In this document: positions 20,478 through 30,071 of the stretch, piece after piece
Position numbering within the stretch: position 1 is the first letter of the stretch
Layout of the letters: the number at the start of each line of letters is the position of its first letter
Source: Smithella sp.
GTDB lineage: Bacteria > Desulfobacterota > Syntrophia > Syntrophales > Smithellaceae
Assembly: GCA_049664145.1 (NCBI GenBank)
Contig: JBATES010000123.1
Location: 1-60,731, forward strand
Direction of reading: 5' to 3'
DNA length: 60,731 nt
The notes under the pieces: model-generated
What the model saw: the letters and a program-made list of their open reading frames with translations, nothing else
What the model was told of the DNA's origin: nothing
Databases searched by the model: none
Made by a program: the position numbers and the translations under genes

Positions 20478-21251
20478 TTGATACTAATTATAAAGGTAAA
20501 TCGTAACAAAAATACTTTTTTTGAGGACAAAGTGCAAAAGACAAGTCACGTCTGGGATTTTTTTGACCGTTTGTACTGCATTTCGCTGCGGGAAAGAGAA
20601 GATCGCCGCCAATCGGCCCTTTACGAATTTTCGAAAGTGGGACTGGCGAATAGAGTGGAGTTCATCATTGTGGAACGTGTTTCCAACGATTTTGAACGGG
20701 AGGTGTACGAATCGCACATGCTGTGCCTGCAAAAGGGATTGAAGGCCGGCGCAAACAATATTGTTATTTTTGAAGATGATGTTGAGTTTGATCGCTTCAA
20801 CCCGGAAAGTCTGAGGAAATGCACGGAATTTTTGAAACAACATCCCGCATGGAAAGTCTTTCTTCTGGGCGCTTTAATCCGTTCCAGCGCTAGAACCACT
20901 GAGTCGTTTGTTCAAAAAGTGCGTTACCAAAGTCTGACGCATGCTTATGCGGTTAATCGCCACTACGCGGAAACAATCGCCTATGTTCCGTGGAGCGGTA
21001 TCGTCAACGATACCCTTTTTCGACCGTTGAAGGATGATGTTTACGCCATGTATCCCATGTGCGCATTTCAAAAAAACTTCACATCGGACAATTATAAATA
21101 TCCCGGACTTGTTTTTTTTCGTAAATTATTAGGCGGACTAAAAAGCATTCAAAAAGCGATTGAATTTTATCAGCGTCACAAAGTCGGTGTCATTACCGCG
21201 CATATTATCATTGTTTTATTCCTGCTGATGATGGCATTATTTTTTCGCTGA
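20478..21251 (+). CDS. glycosyltransferase family 25-like (LPS-type), C-terminal TM. TTG start uncertain.
   Basis: FDRLYCISLREREDRRQSA N-terminal GT25 signature, IFEDDVEF DxD-like motif. Confidence 0.55.
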   Translation: MILIIKVNRNKNTFFEDKVQKTSHVWDFFDRLYCISLREREDRRQSALYEFSKVGLANRVEFIIVERVSNDFEREVYESHMLCLQKGLKAGANNIVIFEDDVEFDRFNPESLRKCTEFLKQHPAWKVFLLGALIRSSARTTESFVQKVRYQSLTHAYAVNRHYAETIAYVPWSGIVNDTLFRPLKDDVYAMYPMCAFQKNFTSDNYKYPGLVFFRKLLGGLKSIQKAIEFYQRHKVGVITAHIIIVLFLLMMALFFR

Positions 21252-21258
21252 TCAAAAT

Positions 21259-21630
21259 CTACTGACCGGGTTTCCCCTGCTTGTATTTCAGTTTCCATGA
21301 AATGTAATCCTTCAGTTTACGAACAGCGTCGCCCGGTGTATTAACAAATTCGATCCCAGCTTCATACGCTTCATTTTCATAAATAATTTTTATCCACTTT
21401 ATTTTGCCGATGACTGTTATCATCTGACGCACGGTTTTTAAGTTCATTTCCATCATCACCAGGGTATCAACCGGTAAATAAAAATTGGCCTGAATCCTGG
21501 CTCCGGACATTGAAATATCTTTGCTGAAATTATGGATTACTTTCTCGGGACCATCCTCGCCTCCGGAGACGACTGTTATGGTAACCTCGTTCTCTTCCTG
21601 AAGTCTCGGCTTTCTTCTTCTCTCCACCAT
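21259..21630 (-). CDS. stand-alone PilZ-domain protein (predicted c-di-GMP receptor). ATG 21630 behind a GGAGGAG RBS is preferred.
   Basis: Canonical RxxxR (RRKPR) and DxSxxG (DISMSG) motifs at PilZ spacing. Confidence 0.75.
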   Translation of the reverse strand: MVERRRKPRLQEENEVTITVVSGGEDGPEKVIHNFSKDISMSGARIQANFYLPVDTLVMMEMNLKTVRQMITVIGKIKWIKIIYENEAYEAGIEFVNTPGDAVRKLKDYISWKLKYKQGKPGQ

Positions 21631-21957
21631 AACGATCAACTCCTCCCGGATTTATTCCATACCGTTGCAGGCTATCAGTCTAAGCAATTTTAATTTTCCA
21701 GTCAATTCAATAATGGAGGCAACCGGATCAAATTTGAGACGTCTTCACTATTGACAATCATATAATATTTCATATATTATTAATGCATAAAGAACATATA
21801 TTAACGCTAATATTCATACATCCTGCACCTGTTGATAATGTGTTGTTTCGACAATGAATCAGCTTATTCCGGGAAAATCCTACGATGCCGATTGCAACCT
21901 TCGAGGTGTTAACTAACAAACCAATTGGTTTTTCACAGATCAGAAGGAGAAAAGGCT

Positions 21958-22131
21958 ATGGGAAAACTTAATTTGACACCTGAAGAGGAAGTCAAGGTCA
22001 AGGAGATCCTTGAGAGATATCTTCCGGAACTGGAAACCGAAACTGTGCACACGGACAACAAGGAACTCCGCAAGTTTTTTGTGGAACGCAAAGCCTTTAT
22101 GCGGGAGTTGCTGCGGCGCCTGAAGAACTGA
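21958..22131 (+). CDS. small (57 aa) charged helical protein, unknown function
   Basis: Strong RBS GAAGGAG 9 nt before the ATG. Coding-like Lys/Glu-rich helical sequence. No family recognised. Confidence 0.45.
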   Translation: MGKLNLTPEEEVKVKEILERYLPELETETVHTDNKELRKFFVERKAFMRELLRRLKN

Positions 22132-22366
22132 CCGAATTGCCTCGATGACAATCTTATTATTCTGGTTAGAAATTACAGGGTTCTTCCTGTAATAATTTCT
22201 ATGAACAGGTTAGTTTGTGCCTTCAATGCCCGATAAATATTTATCACCCTGTAAGGTATTCGATCAGCCATCATCATTTCATGGTAGATTTCTAATTTCA
22301 ATTATGATAGTGAATTATAAAGTAATTTCATTACGATAATTAAAAAAACTGAGATGTGATTTGAAG

Positions 22367-22496
22367 ATGAGTACGAATGCAGAATTAAAACTTTACAAGA
22401 CTTTGGCAGATGCAGGCAGAGGTATGGTATAGTGAGGCTGCCGAGCAAGGTCACGAAGAGGCTAAAAAAAGGCTGGAAATGTTGCAAGCCCAATAA
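22367..22496 (+). pseudogene. remnant of a Sel1-repeat protein gene (two frames, internal stop)
   Basis: Frame 1 reads MSTNAELKLYKTLADAGRGMV*. The next frame continues WYSEAAEQGHEEAKKRLEMLQAQ*, a typical terminal Sel1 repeat (WY..AAEQGH.EA...L). Confidence 0.35.
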
Positions 22497-22549
22497 CGTA
22501 AGCAGTTAATGCAAAGGAAAAGGAAACCTTTGCACAATTCTTTTTTTGG

Positions 22550-22619
22550 TCATTCCGGTGAAAACCGGAATCCAGAAAGTACTTAAAAATACTGGATACC
22601 GGCCTAAGCCGGTATGACT
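22550..22619. repeat. REP/MITE-like nested-palindrome element, copy 2
   Basis: GTC-ATTCCGGT-gaaa-ACCGGAAT-CCAG, 16 nt, CTGG-ATACCGGC-ctaa-GCCGGTAT-GAC. Same frame as copy 1, with stems kept by compensatory changes. Confidence 0.6.
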
Positions 22620-22712
22620 AAATTGATGAATTGGTTTGGTTATGCAAAGCAAAAGGCATTTCATCAAAAATATTCATCCCCGGAAACTTAATCCAAAAGA
22701 ACAAAAAAATCT

Positions 22713-24029
22713 TTACTGAGAATCATAACTGGAGATCAGTCCCAGAAACACCCAAAAAATATAGGCGACTGATGCGACGCTGATATTAAAAAAAGCTTGC
22801 GCCAGGTAGCCCAGTACCGCTGCCGCAAACGGGACATATACAGGGCTTTGCCTCATTTTGACCAGACTTCTTTTCAGCACGAGCATAATAAAAATAAAAT
22901 ATATAATTAATGAGGGAATGCCCGTCGATACAGCAATGTTCAGGTATTCGTTATGAGCTTTATCAGGATGGGATGCTCTACCGAAGCCCAATTTCTGAGC
23001 CACAGATTCCTTGCCGAATTTCTGACCAAAAGGTTCCAGAAGATTTTCTATTCCATACCCGGTCCATGGTTTTTCTTTGATAAGTTCGATGACTTTCTCC
23101 CAGATATAAAACCGGGCAAGGCCGGATTCCGTTGCGCCACTCCTGTTGATGGCATCTTCGGTCACTTTTTGATCACTTTTGATCACTTCCCGGGCATCTT
23201 TCGAAATGGAATGCAATCTACTGGAAAAAATGTTGCCTGTCGTCATGTTGAAAATAAAGACAGCCAGGACAGTCATCAGCAGGGCATAGATTATTCTTCG
23301 CCGGTCTTGCCTGAAATTGCCATAAAAATATAGATTCATGAAGATATAAATGCTGATGGCCACCCCGATGCCGATCCACGGCCCCCTGGAGAGTGTACAA
23401 ACAAGGGCATAAATCATTACAGCGCAACAGATGCCCGATAAAACCTGCCTGTGCGCGATACAATTATATAGCACAACCGGGATAACGAGTACCAAATAGC
23501 TGCCGAAGAAATTCGGATTGCCGAATGTGGCGAAAGCGGTTTTCCAGCCCCCTCGGATAAAGTCTCGGGGAAACGGATCGAATCCATAGAATTGCGCAAT
23601 CCCGTATATGGATAATATCGTCGCCGAAATGGTTATCCTAATGAAGAGCTTTTTGCCAGGCAGTGTCACGGTGCGGGCAGCTAAAAACAAAAGAAAATAA
23701 CTCAGTAAAGTCATTAAACCTTCAGATCTGTATTGCCTCCCCACAATAGCCATTTTGATATTGTGAGCAAAAAACAGGGATATTATTAAAAGCAAAGCAT
23801 AAAAGAGAAGAAAGAGATTGATAAGATCAAACTTAATCAAAGAACGTATGTTTTTCCCGCTCAGGATCAGGATAAAAAGAAACATCGCGGCAATAACAAC
23901 CAGTGCATATGCCTTGGGCGCATAAAAAAAATCGCCGTTTTTTCCAACAGGGAAAAATATAAAGGGGACTAATGCAACGGCTGCAAAAATCAGATATTCT
24001 ATTCTTTGTTTCGCGGTTGTGAGATCCAC
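22713..24029 (-). CDS. O-antigen ligase/polymerase family membrane protein (Wzy_C/WaaL-type)
   Basis: About 11 TM segments with a periplasmic loop carrying HPDKAHNEYLNIAVSTGIPSLIIY (the AHN.YL....G signature of the O-antigen ligase family). Confidence 0.75.
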   Translation of the reverse strand: MDLTTAKQRIEYLIFAAVALVPFIFFPVGKNGDFFYAPKAYALVVIAAMFLFILILSGKNIRSLIKFDLINLFLLFYALLLIISLFFAHNIKMAIVGRQYRSEGLMTLLSYFLLFLAARTVTLPGKKLFIRITISATILSIYGIAQFYGFDPFPRDFIRGGWKTAFATFGNPNFFGSYLVLVIPVVLYNCIAHRQVLSGICCAVMIYALVCTLSRGPWIGIGVAISIYIFMNLYFYGNFRQDRRRIIYALLMTVLAVFIFNMTTGNIFSSRLHSISKDAREVIKSDQKVTEDAINRSGATESGLARFYIWEKVIELIKEKPWTGYGIENLLEPFGQKFGKESVAQKLGFGRASHPDKAHNEYLNIAVSTGIPSLIIYFIFIMLVLKRSLVKMRQSPVYVPFAAAVLGYLAQAFFNISVASVAYIFWVFLGLISSYDSQ

Positions 24030-24078
24030 TTACTTATTCCGTTTTTTCTAAAATAGTTTGTGTCTTATTATAAACAAA

Positions 24079-24987
24079 TCAATTCTTCGGCAAATCATTT
24101 TTATCGAGCTGAAATTTACGAGGACGAAAATTAAGATCACGGTTTGCCTCGCTATGATCAAAAACCATATCCTGATTCATTCTTTCCGCCATGGCAAAAG
24201 ACCAGTGACGAAACGGCGGGAAAACCCGCAGGATGGCCATAGCCGCACGAAATAGCCACAGGGGAAATTGAATAAAGCGACGTGTTTTGCCCAGCGCAGA
24301 AAAAATGCGACAAACCATTTCCCGATAAGTTAACACCTCTCCTCCGGAAATATGATAAAAGCGATTATGAGCCGCACGCGTCTTCAAAGCTTGCACACAG
24401 GCAAACGCCACATCGTTGGCGTGCAGGGGCTGGCGCAGTCCGCGGGCATCACCGAAAACACAAAAGAAAGAAAATCGACGTATGAAAGAGGCTATCACAC
24501 TGATATTTCCATCACGTCCCAGGCCGTAAATCATTGTCGCGCTCAGTATGGTAAAACTTATTTTTTCTTTTTCAGCCCACCCGGTTAAACTTGCTTCCGC
24601 CGTTTTCAGACGTTCCGCCAGTTTTTTTTCAGCCGGATCATCAGAGGTGCTTTTGGTAAATTTACTGGTTGAAGAAACCGTCACGATATGTCTGGCTCCA
24701 TAAGCCAAAAGCATCGGAAAGTATTCCGGCAAGACCCAGATTGGCGCCAGATTAATCCAGTACGATATTTTGTTTTCTGCCGGAGAAATATTGTTGATGT
24801 CCGATAAAGAGGATTTTGTCAGTCGCTTCCAGATAATAGAATTATTTTTCGATGTCGATTGAAAGCACTGTTCCTGACGTGAAAAAGCCACGACATCATA
24901 TCCCTCTTGAACCAATAAGGGCAAAAGAAATTCGCCCACAATGCTTGTCGCGCCAATGACGCCAACGCATCTTTTATAAGTAGCCAT
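24079..24987 (-). CDS. NAD(P)-dependent epimerase/dehydratase-family (SDR) protein
   Basis: Rossmann motif VIGATSIVGEFLLPLL, about 300 aa extended-SDR length, glycan-operon context. Confidence 0.65.
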   Translation of the reverse strand: MATYKRCVGVIGATSIVGEFLLPLLVQEGYDVVAFSRQEQCFQSTSKNNSIIWKRLTKSSLSDINNISPAENKISYWINLAPIWVLPEYFPMLLAYGARHIVTVSSTSKFTKSTSDDPAEKKLAERLKTAEASLTGWAEKEKISFTILSATMIYGLGRDGNISVIASFIRRFSFFCVFGDARGLRQPLHANDVAFACVQALKTRAAHNRFYHISGGEVLTYREMVCRIFSALGKTRRFIQFPLWLFRAAMAILRVFPPFRHWSFAMAERMNQDMVFDHSEANRDLNFRPRKFQLDKNDLPKN

Positions 24988-24991
24988 TTGT

Positions 24992-25879
24992 TTATCTTTT
25001 CATTAAGTTTCTTGCGCTATGGAAAACAGCTACGGCACCGAATCTCAACCAAACACCTATTCCAACAATCCACAACAACAAGCCCGGATATTGATGCCGG
25101 AAAAATTTACGATAGAAACGCATCATGCCTTTATGCTTATGCCATTCCACAAAAACAGGCCTTGCTTGGCTGCAAGTGCCCTGATGATGAACTACCCGGG
25201 CATCCGGGACAAACATTATTTTCCAACCCTTCTGACGAAAACGCATACACCAGTCCAGATCTTCACAGTGCATGAAATAATTCTCATCCAACAAGCCGAC
25301 ATCCGACAAAGCTTCACGCCGGACCAACATACAGGAACCGGAAATGGCCTCCACTTCCGCCGGACTATCCGGCAGCGGTTGTTGATGCAGTAAAAAATCA
25401 GTAAAGAGACGTGGAAATCTTTGACCGAGCTTTGACAATCCAAACGCACGAATAAAAGAACGCCACGGCGTCGGTACGGATCTTCTTCCCCCGGACTGTT
25501 CTGTTCCATCCGGATTGAGCAACAGCGGCCCGGCCATACCTGTTTCCGGCGATGACTTCATAAACGCCAACAACAGCTCCAGGGCATTTCCGTCAATCAA
25601 ACAATCCGGATTCAGAAAAAGCAGATATTCGCAATTGCCGGCAGCTTCAACACCGATATTACATGCCCTCGCAAAACCTAAATTTTTACTATTACGAATG
25701 CAAATCAAACGAGATTGCAAAGCGGCCAGCTGGTCCATTTCATCCATGCTGTGATCTGTAGATCCATTATCAACAACAAACACCTTAGCAACAGACGCCG
25801 AACCCAACAGCATATTGAAAGACTCTTTCAACAAAGGACCGGCATTATAATTGACAATTATTGCTGATACGTTTCGCAT
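24992..25879 (-). CDS. glycosyltransferase family 2
   Basis: VSAIIVNYNAGPLL, VFVVDNGSTDHS, LFLNPDC, CEDLDWCMRFRQKGWKI (rhamnosyltransferase-like GT2 motifs). Confidence 0.85.
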   Translation of the reverse strand: MRNVSAIIVNYNAGPLLKESFNMLLGSASVAKVFVVDNGSTDHSMDEMDQLAALQSRLICIRNSKNLGFARACNIGVEAAGNCEYLLFLNPDCLIDGNALELLLAFMKSSPETGMAGPLLLNPDGTEQSGGRRSVPTPWRSFIRAFGLSKLGQRFPRLFTDFLLHQQPLPDSPAEVEAISGSCMLVRREALSDVGLLDENYFMHCEDLDWCMRFRQKGWKIMFVPDARVVHHQGTCSQARPVFVEWHKHKGMMRFYRKFFRHQYPGLLLWIVGIGVWLRFGAVAVFHSARNLMKR

Positions 25880-26869
25880 TTAGAACCACCTCTGCCGGAT
25901 TTGCTTTAATCCAGGAAGAAACCGCTTATCCAATATTTTCCAGATATCTCCTGAAGATACTTTTCGATTTTTTTGAATTTCGCGCCGTTTCTGCCACATG
26001 CGGGGGATACCATAAAGAGCATCTCTTTTGGCCTTCAATATTACCTTACCCTGACCTCGCACAGTAAACCAGACGATGGTTATGAGATTAAGTGCTATAT
26101 GCGCTGGAAGCAACAGCCAAAACAGCGCACCCGGCATATTTTTTATATACGTCCAAACCAAATTACGGTGGCCGTGATATACGGCAAAATCACTGCGTCG
26201 CCCTCCTGCGGTCGCCGATCCGACATGATAGGCCACAGCCTCGGGTACCAGAAGACAGCGATGACCGGCAAGACGCAGACGGAATCCAAGATCAACATCC
26301 TCAAAATAGCAAAAGAATGCTTCATCAAATCCATTCACTGCTTCCAGGGCATCGCGCCGATATAGCGCGGCCGCCGCGCAGGGAGAAAATATTTCCCTGG
26401 ATTCTATAGAGGCCCTGGATACTGGTTGACCATATCCTGTCCGCCAAGCCAGACCGCTTGCATGCATCGTATCGCCATCACCATCGAGTATTTCTTGATT
26501 TTCAGCCTGTACAAGACGTGATGCAAAAAAGGAATATTCAGGATGGGCCAGTGCCGCTTTTAACATTTTGCTTAGCCACTCCGGCTCCAGAAACGCATCC
26601 GGATTCACCAGCGCTATCCAATCATATCCTTTTGTTTTTTGAAACAGCAGATTGTTCCCGGCCGCAAAACCAATATTATTTTCGCTTTTGAAAAATTTTA
26701 CAGAAGGAAATCTGATTGAGTAATCTTCCGGTATTGGATCCTCGCTGCCATTATCCAAAACAAGTATATCGGAAGTAATGAATTTCTGACCGATAAAGCA
26801 TTCCAGACAACGGACAAGCATGGCGTTTGAGTTATAATTGACAATAAAAATTGCAATTTTATTTTGCAT
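25880..26869 (-). CDS. glycosyltransferase family 2 with C-terminal TM
   Basis: IAIFIVNYNS, ILVLDNGSED, LVNPDAF, FEDVDLGFRLRLAGH. Confidence 0.85.
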   Translation of the reverse strand: MQNKIAIFIVNYNSNAMLVRCLECFIGQKFITSDILVLDNGSEDPIPEDYSIRFPSVKFFKSENNIGFAAGNNLLFQKTKGYDWIALVNPDAFLEPEWLSKMLKAALAHPEYSFFASRLVQAENQEILDGDGDTMHASGLAWRTGYGQPVSRASIESREIFSPCAAAALYRRDALEAVNGFDEAFFCYFEDVDLGFRLRLAGHRCLLVPEAVAYHVGSATAGGRRSDFAVYHGHRNLVWTYIKNMPGALFWLLLPAHIALNLITIVWFTVRGQGKVILKAKRDALYGIPRMWQKRREIQKNRKVSSGDIWKILDKRFLPGLKQIRQRWF

Positions 26870-26980
26870 AAGAACAAATCTGACCTACACTAATAAACTA
26901 TCCTTCAGATAAAAGCATTCATCATAATCGAATAGTGTTTATTGTCATTTGCGATTTGCAGCCCGGAGATTTATTAAAAT

Positions 26981-27046
26981 GTAACTTATCGAAGAAACTG
27001 TCATTTACTACTAAAATCATATTGTAGTGTCAATGGATTAGTTGGA
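26981..27046 (-). promoter_or_regulatory. conserved promoter/leader element, copy A (heads the GT2-GT2-SDR-ligase operon)
   Basis: Minus strand TTGACA, 17 nt, TAGTAA, plus about 25 nt of conserved leader. About 55/66 positions match 58958-59023 by hand alignment. Confidence 0.55.
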
Positions 27047-27323
27047 CTGTTTTTGCCTTTTCGGTGCTGTGCTAGCGAATGAGTTTTTTTTCATAACGAA
27101 ACGATATTCAAAGGCCGGAAATATTTACCCCTCACAAGCCAAAGGACCAATAGAGGATCAACCACTAAACGGAATCAAAACCAGGAACGTTACGGGACAG
27201 TGCCGAAAGCGTTATGGGAAGCGCTTTGGCTTCATTGAAGCACGGTATTTGGATGATTAATTTCAATGCTTTTGTCCGCTTTTTGTCTAAATGCGTTTCA
27301 CTTAAATCTTTAACGATAAACAT

Positions 27324-28754
27324 TCAGTTGCGACTGTGTAAATATTTGACGGAAATCTGTGCGGGTTGTAGGGGAGCAAGATAATATCTCTCAATTAGCA
27401 ACTTTGGAGTGCTAAAAATTGTAAATATTCCTAAAAGGATAACCAGACATAGCGCGATTTTCCGAAATATACCCCCGTAGAATTTTAATCCCCCTGAAAT
27501 GGCATAAGCAATCATAATCATTGGAATTAAAAAATATCGACCTTGAACACTTTGGATCAGGCTGGCAGGATGCTGATTATCTTTTATCAATATTGCAAAG
27601 AATATCAAAAGAATAGAAGTAAGCGCACTGAAAAAAAGGATCGACCGCGCAACCCACTCCTTCTTAAAGTTTTTAGCTGACACGGATAGCAGACCAATCA
27701 AGATAGTGCATGTGAAAAAAAACTTATATGCTTTTGGGCTGAATGGCGTATCCAGCCATCCGAGGTATCCAAAGAAAGACGCTCCATAGAATTGAGCAAG
27801 GCCAATATTCGAAAGTGTCGCCCACAGAACATTGAAGAATTGTAGGGGATTTTTAATGTAAAAGACAGTGGCATTTGATGTTGAATGTCCTACAACAAAT
27901 CTGGAATCAATGGTTGTATGCATTGTAAAACCAAGCCACGCAATAATAAAAAACGCTGCAGCAGTAAAAACACAAAAAAACTTCTTGTTCTTGGTGTAAA
28001 AACAAGCCGCCAAAACAAGGATTACTAAGGGCAGCAAAAAAGGTCTGCTCGTCGTTACCAGAGCGACAGAAAATGTAAGTATATAAAAGAACCAGGGGCT
28101 TGTATTGTCTTTTTCAGTTGTCATTCGTAAAAACGTCGCAATGGCAAGAATTCCCAGGGCGGTTGAAATACCATCCTGACTGGCAGATGAGATTTGAAAT
28201 ACACTCATCGGTATAATGAGCAGAGCGATTGTTAGGGGGTTCACAGGGTATATGTTAAATGTGACGAACAAAATTATTGCGATGGACACAAGAGCTATGA
28301 ATCTGGCCAAACGGTAGGATGTATCGACCGACAGCTTTAATTTTTCACCTAACGCAAGCCCCACTGCTTGAGGCGTGTATATTATCGGAAAATAGTAACT
28401 GATTCCCGGCAAGGAACGGAATTCTTTAGTACCTGTCCATTTAATGCGGTTTGCAGAATATACTTCGTCAGCGGATAACTTTCTTTCTGGTTTGCGTGGC
28501 AGAACTTCATAGGAGGACATGTAGGCCATAAGCCCGGAGTCTATCCTGCCGCCCGAATCCTTCCCTTTGGGCGCATCCAAAACAATCTTACCCTTGCTTA
28601 ATAAATAAGCGCGACTAATATGGTCAAACTCATCCGGAGATTGAAAGGGAGGGATGATTGCTGAAAAAAAAGATCCGGCAACAAGAATAAATAATATCAT
28701 CCACAAACTTACTTTATTTGATGAACCCATGGAGATTTGTTTCTCAAAATCCAT
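27324..28754 (-). CDS. polytopic membrane protein, DUF2142-like (GT-C-type glycosyltransferase candidate)
   Basis: About 12 TM segments. First periplasmic loop has the PDEFDHISRAY motif typical of DUF2142 proteins. Family recalled from memory. Confidence 0.5.
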   Translation of the reverse strand: MDFEKQISMGSSNKVSLWMILFILVAGSFFSAIIPPFQSPDEFDHISRAYLLSKGKIVLDAPKGKDSGGRIDSGLMAYMSSYEVLPRKPERKLSADEVYSANRIKWTGTKEFRSLPGISYYFPIIYTPQAVGLALGEKLKLSVDTSYRLARFIALVSIAIILFVTFNIYPVNPLTIALLIIPMSVFQISSASQDGISTALGILAIATFLRMTTEKDNTSPWFFYILTFSVALVTTSRPFLLPLVILVLAACFYTKNKKFFCVFTAAAFFIIAWLGFTMHTTIDSRFVVGHSTSNATVFYIKNPLQFFNVLWATLSNIGLAQFYGASFFGYLGWLDTPFSPKAYKFFFTCTILIGLLSVSAKNFKKEWVARSILFFSALTSILLIFFAILIKDNQHPASLIQSVQGRYFLIPMIMIAYAISGGLKFYGGIFRKIALCLVILLGIFTIFSTPKLLIERYYLAPLQPAQISVKYLHSRN

Positions 28755-28804
28755 AAAATAAAACCGGTCTCGAGTACCCTATTGCAGCCTGATCCTCGTT
28801 TTGA

Positions 28805-30016
28805 TTAATGACTTTTTTCCACTATAATTCTTCTTATTTTACGAAGCCATTGTCCCGTTGCTGTAGAAGGGGGGAACAAGAAGTTGAGTGCTTTCTTATA
28901 AGTGATTTTCTGTGCAATCTGATCTCTGCGACTTTTTTCAACATCGCGCCTGTATGTTTCTCTGACCCACTTATAATAACATGCGCCCTCTGTAACAACA
29001 AATGGGTTAGGGAAAAGGCCATATAGGTCTCTTCTCACATGCAATATTTTACGTTCAGCTTTTGAAATTAACTTGCCATTCGAATAATCTTTGTATTTAT
29101 ACGGAATTTTTTCTACCAGCTTCTGTCCGTTCTCTATTAACTGTTTCTCGTATATGGCGGATAGAATAGTTACCTCTCGATTCTTATCGTTATAATTCAA
29201 AGCTCTTTGCATCTCGTTATGGTGCCCTCCTGTATCAAAACCGGAAAAATGAAAAAATCTTAATGGCTTCCCATTGACGGTGTACGAACCATCTTCTTTC
29301 CGTTTGATATGCCTTCGAGTCATGTTCCATGTGCAAACATTATATCCCGGGTCTTTCAAGATATGATATCCATCAAAATAAGCCGGGACAAGATCAATCC
29401 ATTTTTGATCCGTAAACATACCAAGAAGACCATCCGGTTCAAGAATATTTAATAATTCATAATCATCATCAAAACAATAAAGCATCAGGCGATTATTCCA
29501 CCACTTTAAAAACTTAAGGCCGGTTTCGTCAGCCTTTACGCCAAAAAAACCCAAATTGTAAGTGCCACGTTTGAGAAATAAGATCTCGTTGGATACGACA
29601 TATGAATCATCTTCTTCAAAGTCAAGTTGATGGGGTGTAAAGATCATACTGTACTTATCAAGCAGAAGATCGATTTCTTGCATTTCCGCAAAAACCATAA
29701 TGTCCGGATCCAGGTACACAACCTTCTCAGCATTGTATTCTTGGATCAACGTGAGGGCAATGGCGGGCTTAACGGCTGTGCATACTTCGGTGACTGTATG
29801 CTTGAAGAAAAATAAATCTTTCTGCGTAATCAATTCAAGCTCATGTGTCAGTAAAATCCCGTCAAAGGGCTCCATGGCCGGATTAAAGTCGAAGGGTAGA
29901 TCACCGGTCAATCCCACGTAAAACTTGCTGTGAGGATTGTACTTCTTCAAAGTTTTGCACAATACCCTTGCCTTGGCGAGATAGTTTTCTGTGATGCTTG
30001 TAAAATAATGGATCAT
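28805..30016 (-). CDS. putative GT-A-fold glycosyltransferase (GT8-like). ATG 30016 behind an AGGTGA RBS is preferred to GTG 30028.
   Basis: N-terminal MIHYFTSITENYLAKARVL, CTAVKPAIALTL and VVYLDPDIMVF (DxD) resemble nucleotide-diphospho-sugar transferases. Strongly A+T-rich. Confidence 0.45.
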   Translation of the reverse strand: MIHYFTSITENYLAKARVLCKTLKKYNPHSKFYVGLTGDLPFDFNPAMEPFDGILLTHELELITQKDLFFFKHTVTEVCTAVKPAIALTLIQEYNAEKVVYLDPDIMVFAEMQEIDLLLDKYSMIFTPHQLDFEEDDSYVVSNEILFLKRGTYNLGFFGVKADETGLKFLKWWNNRLMLYCFDDDYELLNILEPDGLLGMFTDQKWIDLVPAYFDGYHILKDPGYNVCTWNMTRRHIKRKEDGSYTVNGKPLRFFHFSGFDTGGHHNEMQRALNYNDKNREVTILSAIYEKQLIENGQKLVEKIPYKYKDYSNGKLISKAERKILHVRRDLYGLFPNPFVVTEGACYYKWVRETYRRDVEKSRRDQIAQKITYKKALNFLFPPSTATGQWLRKIRRIIVEKSH

Positions 30017-30071
30017 AATGAATGTCACCTTCGTATCGTATATATTCAGCTCAATAAATGATGCATCCTGT

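Noticed and set aside
22167-22200. Hairpin (ATTACAGG-gttctt-CCTGTAAT with extended AGAA/TTCT arms) after the small ORF, as a possible terminator.
   Set aside because: The stem is bulged and no U-tract follows it, so it is not a convincing intrinsic terminator.
22302-22493. 63-aa minus-strand ORF.
   Set aside because: It lies antisense to the Sel1-repeat remnant, has a hydrophobic low-complexity translation and has no RBS.
27042-27260. 72-aa plus-strand ORF in the 454-nt gap between the two operons.
   Set aside because: It is the only plus-strand ORF in a 36-kb minus-strand block and has an odd composition and no RBS. The gap is better explained by the promoter/leader element.
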